From positions 1 to 49,748 of the IMG/VR virus record IMGVR_UViG_3300032216_000911: a stretch of DNA of 49,748 nucleotides; one strand, given 5' to 3'. Positions 44,196-49,748 of the stretch are shown in pieces (position 1 is the first letter of the stretch; each line of letters begins with the position of its first letter). Source of the stretch: a virus. Lineage: Duplodnaviria > Caudoviricetes. Both the position numbers and the translations under genes were made by a program. Under the pieces are notes generated by a model, which saw only the letters and a program-made list of their open reading frames with translations, had not been told where the DNA came from and did not search any database.

Positions 44196-45631
44196 TATGC
44201 TCTCCCACCCATCAAATACTGCTCAGGCGCCCGCGCATCGGGGCTGAACTTGCCCTGCGACAGGGCCTTGCCCTTCTGCTTGCGGATATTAGCACGGAAT
44301 TGATCAAGGCGCTGCGCCCCTGCTTTCGAAGATCCGTCGCCGAGCAGAGCCACAGTTTCAGCGTCAATCACATATTCACCGTCCGACAGCTTGGCGTCGA
44401 TGCTGTCCGAGCGCCCAGTGCCGCCACCCTGCACATAATGGCTCAGGGGGCCACCGTGAGCGGCCTGCACCGGCTGCTGATCGCCAACGTCGGAGTAGAA
44501 GCGCTGCTCCTTGGCCTGTGGCCTCATTCCATAGTTGTAGTAATCAATAGGGCCAGCAAGGCGGGTGCGATCAAGAGGGGCCGTAGCCAGACGGCGCGTC
44601 ATGTTGGGGTCGGTAGAAGTGGGGGTGCCAGCGCCAGCAGAAATAGACGGCATCTCCGGCTGCTTAGGTCCGCTGTCGCCGCCCAAGAGCGCCCCAAGAC
44701 CGACGGCGGCAGCAGCCATCTTGTCAGGGTTAGTGGCGTATCCTTGAAGGGCGCTCATAATGCCCGAGCCCTTGGACGCCGTAGCCGCAGGATCCACATT
44801 GAAGGTCATGCCGCTTGTACCCTTGTCAACAAGATTCCCGCCAAAAACCTCGTTTCCTGGAGTTGTTTTGATAGTGTCGGCTGCTTTGTTCAAATAATCT
44901 AGGTCGGCGCTACTGTACCCGCCAGCGCCTTCAAGGACGCCTCCGGGGGTTCCGGTAGTAACAGAAGCTGGGGGCGCCGCCCCTGATCCTAAATAATTTC
45001 CCAGCGCCGAAGCGCCGATGGTCCCAGCACCAGCAAGAAGGCCACTTGTTAACGCACCCTTGCCGCCACCCGTCAAAGCGCCAATTCCTGCGCCCAGCGC
45101 AGCGTTACCGGCCAAAGTGCCAAGCGTGGCGCTGCCAAGCCCGCTGATGCCCGTGGCGCCAGCAAGCGTGGTTCCAGCCGCCTCACCCGCCCCCAGCGTA
45201 CTCAAAAGCCCTGCACCGAGCGAGCTGCCCACGCCAGTCGCCATAAGAGCGGTGCCAGCCAGCGCCGCCACAGGCGCAAACCAAGACTGCTTCCAGAACG
45301 GCGTGAATTGAGGCATCCCGGTATGAGGATTGATTGTCGGCTCGCCCCACTCTTTGCAGAGTTTCTGGTATTCGTCTTTATTGATGTGGATGACCATGGT
45401 GTCGCCGCCGACGCCAGCATCAGCCACGTTCTTAGCCTGAGACGCTAGGCCGCCCTTGGCCATCTTCTCGACGTGCTCCTTGGGCATCTTGATCTCAAAG
45501 GGCATACACCCTGCCCGGCCACCCTTGGCGAAACGGCTCATGGGACTGCCCTGATGCGCGGCGTCAGCAGCATCATTGGCGAGGGGCGTCCAGTTAGCGG
45601 GGTAGTCGGGGTAATGAATCATCTCAGCCAC
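44195..45631 (-). CDS. Internal virion protein with xAxGG tags, Gly-rich hydrophobic segment and tape-measure-type C-terminal motif
   Basis: FAKGG, MAKGG, GGDTMVIHIN...TINPHTGMPQF, AAHGG...GTGRSDSIDAKLSDGEYVIDA. Confidence 0.7.
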   Translation of the reverse strand: MAEMIHYPDYPANWTPLANDAADAAHQGSPMSRFAKGGRAGCMPFEIKMPKEHVEKMAKGGLASQAKNVADAGVGGDTMVIHINKDEYQKLCKEWGEPTINPHTGMPQFTPFWKQSWFAPVAALAGTALMATGVGSSLGAGLLSTLGAGEAAGTTLAGATGISGLGSATLGTLAGNAALGAGIGALTGGGKGALTSGLLAGAGTIGASALGNYLGSGAAPPASVTTGTPGGVLEGAGGYSSADLDYLNKAADTIKTTPGNEVFGGNLVDKGTSGMTFNVDPAATASKGSGIMSALQGYATNPDKMAAAAVGLGALLGGDSGPKQPEMPSISAGAGTPTSTDPNMTRRLATAPLDRTRLAGPIDYYNYGMRPQAKEQRFYSDVGDQQPVQAAHGGPLSHYVQGGGTGRSDSIDAKLSDGEYVIDAETVALLGDGSSKAGAQRLDQFRANIRKQKGKALSQGKFSPDARAPEQYLMGGRA

Positions 45632-45860
45632 CGGGGAGGTTTACAGAGCGGGTGAAGGCGAATGCCCATTCTAGCCAGTCCGTGTATTCCATGGGATTTG
45701 GGGGGTTCTGCGCTCCAACCGCGAAGAAAGAAACCACACCCAAAGCCCAAGTCTGCCACTTCTCAGGATCTTCCAGCCGAGAAATAGTACCATACTTCTC
45801 GAGACTATACGTCATTGAGTCGGTCCAGTCAGTAACCGTCATCCCACGAGGGTCGATCAT
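45624..45860 (-). CDS. Small Trp-rich tail-module protein
   Basis: MIDPRGM..DW...WQTWA...P.P..Y.DW.EWA; ATGA coupling. Confidence 0.7.
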   Translation of the reverse strand: MIDPRGMTVTDWTDSMTYSLEKYGTISRLEDPEKWQTWALGVVSFFAVGAQNPPNPMEYTDWLEWAFAFTRSVNLPGG

Positions 45861-47401
45861 CCCAGCACCGTCCCGTCGCCAACATCGAGGTGGGCGATGC
45901 ACTGGCCCATCTGGTAGTTGCCGCCGACCGTGTTTGATTTGAAAATGAAACGCATTTCGCGCCGAATTTCTTTGAAGAAGATCACCTGCTGCTCAGGCGT
46001 CAGGGTGTTGTCCTGATCGGGGAAGGTCTTTTCCTCGCTCGTCACCTCTGGTGATCTGGCGTTTGCCCGGCCCGTGATCTGGCAAGTCATGTCGCCAGTC
46101 TGGATGAAGTCAGGCTCAACCATCAGGCAGCGCATCGACCTGTTGCGAGGCTGATTTGGATCCGCCACGAAAGAAATATCAGCCGTCTGGAAGTAGGACG
46201 GGATTGAGTTGATCTGTGTGCCGTCAAGCTCATCATAGCCAAACTCGTTCTGCCAAAGCTTGTAGAGGCCGCTGTCAGGATCGGGATCGACGCCGGTCAT
46301 GAAGGGGTACTCATAGACGGTCACGAACTCGCCGCAGGATCGGCCAGAACCCGGAAGCTGGGTGTCGTACCATGTATTCTCGCGGACGTTGTAGACGACG
46401 GCGTGGGTGCATTCGGTTGCATCACCGCGAGGATAGCACCACCAGATCTCACCAAAGCGCGGCACTTTGTAGGCAAAAACCTTCTGTCGCTGCGCATAAT
46501 TGAGGTTATCAAAGAACCAGTTCTGGTTGAGCTGGTTCGGGATCTCGCGCACGACGCCGTTGAACATCAAAAAGCGGTCAACGCCGACCCAGTAGAAGAT
46601 GCCGTCGTACTCAATCGGCGACTGGGAGGACAGGATTGAACTCTGCGAGGTCAGGGTGTCAAACTGAAAGACAGGGTCGCCGCCCACAAAGGTGCAGCGG
46701 ATCAGGCTATCCAGAGACCAGAATAGGCCAGCAGGCGCATTGCCAGGGCCAGCTCGCAGAGGGAGCGCAGCAACAATCTTTTGGCCGGTAACGTAAGCGT
46801 CACCGGATCCAGTGCTGATCCAGTCGTTCGGGCTATTGGCGACAGACCATGCTACATATCCATTCGAGCCGTAGACGAAGGTGTAGGGGTATAGGCTGAT
46901 GACGCCGCCAGAAACCGCAGGAGCCGTGTTGGCAGTCAAGATTGTCGTATCGGTGGCGAGGCCCCAATAGAGCGATGACGTGGCGTCTGAGTCGATGGCC
47001 GCAAGGTTCTTGCCAGGGTGCGCCAAAAGGTAGGCTCCTGGCGTCACGCCCACCGAGTCAAACTGGCTGTCGAAGGTCCAAAGATAGGTTGAATTGGCGG
47101 TGAAACCTGAGGGAGTCCGGTTGTTCTGGCCGACGACGACGCCATTATTATTGAGGAAGAACTGTGTGATGTAGCTCTGGCTGCCCGACACAAGATAAAT
47201 GTGGGCGTTGTCATTGTATGAGTTTAGGCCACGGGATATCTCGGGAACCTCAGACGACACAGAGCGATAGCCACCCATCTTGCGGGGAAGGCCACGCTGA
47301 AACCTGCACCATTGGCCATCGACGTAAAAGCCGTTCTCAAGGCGCGTTCCGTCGCGCTTGATGCCGGGCAGGGACTTGATGGTGTAGGGTTGAGGAGCCA
47401 T
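45857..47401 (-). CDS. Tail nozzle/head-closure protein (P22 gp10 / tail tubular B-like beta-propeller)
   Basis: PGIKRDGT, DGQWCRFQRGLPRKMGG, FGEIWWCYP, YNVRENTWY. Confidence 0.75.
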   Translation of the reverse strand: MAPQPYTIKSLPGIKRDGTRLENGFYVDGQWCRFQRGLPRKMGGYRSVSSEVPEISRGLNSYNDNAHIYLVSGSQSYITQFFLNNNGVVVGQNNRTPSGFTANSTYLWTFDSQFDSVGVTPGAYLLAHPGKNLAAIDSDATSSLYWGLATDTTILTANTAPAVSGGVISLYPYTFVYGSNGYVAWSVANSPNDWISTGSGDAYVTGQKIVAALPLRAGPGNAPAGLFWSLDSLIRCTFVGGDPVFQFDTLTSQSSILSSQSPIEYDGIFYWVGVDRFLMFNGVVREIPNQLNQNWFFDNLNYAQRQKVFAYKVPRFGEIWWCYPRGDATECTHAVVYNVRENTWYDTQLPGSGRSCGEFVTVYEYPFMTGVDPDPDSGLYKLWQNEFGYDELDGTQINSIPSYFQTADISFVADPNQPRNRSMRCLMVEPDFIQTGDMTCQITGRANARSPEVTSEEKTFPDQDNTLTPEQQVIFFKEIRREMRFIFKSNTVGGNYQMGQCIAHLDVGDGTVLG

Positions 47402-48771
47402 CAGCCGAGCGCCACTGCATACTGGATAGCGATTGCTGTCGCATCAGCTGTGGAGATAGCTCCAATGGCCGCTCGAGCCGCAGCCGCATCGGTTGCAGTA
47501 AAGACATTAGAGCCAACCGTTGTGGCCCCTAAAGCCGTCCTGCCTGCCGCCTGAGTTGCTGCCGTGAAGACGTTAGATCCGACCGTCGTGCCGCCGAGCG
47601 CAGTCCGGCCAGCAGAGGCGTCAGCCGCTGTAAAGACCGCCGTGCCGACCGAGGTGCCCCCAAGATTGACAAGGGCGCCACCGGCTGTCGTTGCTCCTGT
47701 ACCGCCGCTGGCAATAGGAACGGGAAGAGCCACGTTCAGGGTCTGAGCATTAACGACGTTTGTGCCGTTGCAGTAGAGGATGGCGGCGCCACCTTGAGGG
47801 ACAGACACGCCGGTTCCAGCCGAAGTCTTCACCGTCAGTGTGAAAGCGCCGGTTGTGTTGTTGCTGATCCAATATTGTTGCACCGTGGCGGGCACAATCA
47901 CATTTCGGTTTCCCGTCAGGACGCCGATCATGCTGTAAGAGATGCGGTTTAGCTCAAAGCCGGAAAGGGTGTAGTTGCCTGTCCCGGCCACATTGATCTG
48001 GGTGTAGTCGAAGGTGAAGACCGCAGACTTGCCAAGGCCGACCGTGTAGAAGGAGGACCCATCGCAGATGATCATCGCGGAATCGCCGGGGTTCATCACC
48101 AGCGTTGATGCGGAGTTGATGGTTTCTGACCCGTTTGGATCAATCGTCAGGGCGCTGCTGCCGTTGTTTCTGACATAGACGAACCAGTCGTCGCCGAGCG
48201 TTGAGGCGCCAGTGAGCGATAACGTCCCCGTCGTTCCGGTCCAGTTAATCATATGAGCGCGGTCGCTGACGCCAGCCGTGTAGCTGGAGTTCAGTTGAAG
48301 CACCGTGATCGCCTGGTTGAGCGTTGTCGTGATCGCCTTCAGGCCGAAACCAGCCAAGGCGGCGGCATTGGCTGTAGAAGTGGCAGACCCAAATTGGTAA
48401 GCCACCCAAACGCCAGCGGCGGTGGTGTTGGAGGTCATATAGACCTGCCAAAGGGTGCCGGGCGCTACCGTGCAAATGATGGCGCCGGTGCTCTTAACAA
48501 CCGTGAAAGATGTGCTGCCGATGTTGTTGAAAAGGGCGCACTCGCCAACGCTGGCCTGATCAGCGGCGGGCATGTAGACCTTGCGAGAAGACCCAGTGCA
48601 GTTCACATCCATGATGCGAGCAGTAGGGTAATCGGCGGCAGTGTTGGGTGCGTTGGTCTCAACCGGCCACGCCAGCGTAATGTCAGAGGTAGTTAGGCTA
48701 AAGGCTAAATATGAGACATCAGAGGGGTAGATGTTCGTACCGCCGAAGACTTCGGTGTAGGTGCTGGTCAT
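47401..48771 (-). CDS. Tail fibre/needle-proximal structural protein
   Basis: Beta-rich; LTIDPNGSETIN, LTGNRNV, GGTGATTA; C-terminal 21-aa repeats. Confidence 0.7.
   Translation of the reverse strand: MTSTYTEVFGGTNIYPSDVSYLAFSLTTSDITLAWPVETNAPNTAADYPTARIMDVNCTGSSRKVYMPAADQASVGECALFNNIGSTSFTVVKSTGAIICTVAPGTLWQVYMTSNTTAAGVWVAYQFGSATSTANAAALAGFGLKAITTTLNQAITVLQLNSSYTAGVSDRAHMINWTGTTGTLSLTGASTLGDDWFVYVRNNGSSALTIDPNGSETINSASTLVMNPGDSAMIICDGSSFYTVGLGKSAVFTFDYTQINVAGTGNYTLSGFELNRISYSMIGVLTGNRNVIVPATVQQYWISNNTTGAFTLTVKTSAGTGVSVPQGGAAILYCNGTNVVNAQTLNVALPVPIASGGTGATTAGGALVNLGGTSVGTAVFTAADASAGRTALGGTTVGSNVFTAATQAAGRTALGATTVGSNVFTATDAAAARAAIGAISTADATAIAIQYAVALG
47440..47665 (-). repeat. Three 21-aa coding repeats (LG.T.VG..VFTA.....GRTA)
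   Basis: Visible in translation. Confidence 0.8.
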
Positions 48772-49425
48772 TTATACCTCCGTCCGGCGGGCGGAACGAT
48801 CAAGGATCTTGGAGAGGTCTTCGCCATTGAGGGCCTGGGCCGAGCGATCATACATCTGTTGCCACACGGGGATTCGCTCGTCGTTCTTCAGGAACGGCGT
48901 AGCCTCAAGCAGGGACGCATAGAGCAGCACCTGTGGGGCGTAGTCGGTGAGCCAGTTCGTCTGGTTTGTCTCGTCAAGCAACGGCAGAAGCTGGTAGACC
49001 AAGACCTCAAATGGATATGCCTGATCAGGCGTCGGCGCCACGATCCAGTTGTTGTAGTCATACTCGGCGTAAAAGAGCGGAACGTCGGTGTCGCTCCGGT
49101 TTGGCCAGTACGAGCGCACATACTCGTAGGAACGAGGGAAGAGTTGGTTGTACTCGCTCCCCTGATCGCCGGTCCCGAAGTTGAAAGACACCGTTGAGCG
49201 CCAGCGGTCAGGCTTGGGGTAGACAGCAAGGCCAGGCTGCATGGTGCCGGTCAGAACGTTGATCAGGCCCTCAACCTTAAGTTCGCGAGCAATCCTGCGC
49301 TCGGCAAGATTGATCAGGCGAGGGATCTGCTCATAGACAAGTTGATCCGACGCAAGCGTGAAGCCGCGCTCAAGATAGCGCCGGATGTCTTCTTTGAGGG
49401 TCGTGAAGGTCGTCGTGGTGGCCAT
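48772..49425 (-). CDS. Head-tail adaptor (P22 gp4 / T7 gp11-like)
   Basis: IPRLINLAERRIAREL, VAPTPD, TNWL...AP..LLYASLLEATPFLKNDER. Confidence 0.75.
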   Translation of the reverse strand: MATTTTFTTLKEDIRRYLERGFTLASDQLVYEQIPRLINLAERRIARELKVEGLINVLTGTMQPGLAVYPKPDRWRSTVSFNFGTGDQGSEYNQLFPRSYEYVRSYWPNRSDTDVPLFYAEYDYNNWIVAPTPDQAYPFEVLVYQLLPLLDETNQTNWLTDYAPQVLLYASLLEATPFLKNDERIPVWQQMYDRSAQALNGEDLSKILDRSARRTEV

Positions 49426-49442
49426 TGCCTATCCTAGCACTT

Positions 49443-49748
49443 TCAGGCCTGATCCGCCATACTGATAGCCTTGGCCTTGACCCTATTAACCCGGTCGGTC
49501 CAGCCCTTACCAAAAGTGCTGAAGGTCGAGAGCCTTTTCAGGAAGTCCATACGCATGTCGCAGATGGCGTCGGCGGTCTCCTTGGCGTCGCAAGCCTTAA
49601 TAGCCTCAAGGGACTTGGGGCCAATCATGCCGTCAACCTCAACGCCAGCAATGTCCTGGAGGTACTGGGCAGCCTTGTGAGGGCCACTGTTCACCGCGAG
49701 GTCATAGGCAGCGTAATCTACGCCGGAAGGCAGGCTATCCCCCTTGAT
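49443..49748 (-). CDS. Endolysin, glycosyl hydrolase 108 with peptidoglycan-binding domain (5' truncated)
   Basis: LPSGVDYAAYDLAVNSG...LQ...GV..DG.IGPKS...TFGKGW..RV; frame open to window end. Confidence 0.88.
   Translation of the reverse strand: MKGDSLPSGVDYAAYDLAVNSGPHKAAQYLQDIAGVEVDGMIGPKSLEAIKACDAKETADAICDMRMDFLKRLSTFSTFGKGWTDRVNRVKAKAISMADQA

Noticed and set aside
1-49748. Integrated prophage or complete circular genome
   Set aside because: No integrase, att site or host genes seen; both ends cut genes and show no terminal overlap, so a piece of the late operon is missing and lifestyle cannot be settled

Overview
The window is almost all of a tailed dsDNA phage genome (podovirus-like, GC-rich). 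The host is most likely alphaproteobacterial, based on a GcrA-like gene, CTTGCA-type promoters and a GH108 endolysin. The genome is opened inside the late operon, so a short piece containing the endolysin start and probably the holin lies outside the window. Minus-strand late genes run from terS/terL (23327-21217) through an InPase-domain protein, a 2OG-Fe(II) oxygenase, a DUF6817 protein, a low-complexity virion protein, portal, GroES-like co-chaperonin, scaffold, major capsid, small basic proteins, an adaptor, a GPT-collagen fibre, three tandem fibre-tip paralogs and a GT2-TPR glycosyltransferase. They resume at the right end with endolysin, adaptor, tail and ejection proteins (49748-39733). 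The middle holds early genes with repeated promoters and a replication/modification module: primase-helicase, iteron/hairpin origin, PAPS-reductase-like protein, a C5 methyltransferase with a nested alternative-frame subunit, RuvC, exonuclease and SSB. It also holds host-regulator mimics (RNAP alpha-CTD, GcrA C-terminal domain, DnaA domain IV). No integrase, tRNA, CRISPR array or reverse transcriptase was seen. The most striking unexplained signal is a recurrent [FYMKLA][AKS]xGG tag, about 19 copies in six unrelated late proteins. It sits at domain boundaries and comes with shared leader sequences, suggesting a double-glycine polyprotein processing or capsid-targeting system. All family assignments are from motif recognition by eye; no searches were run.
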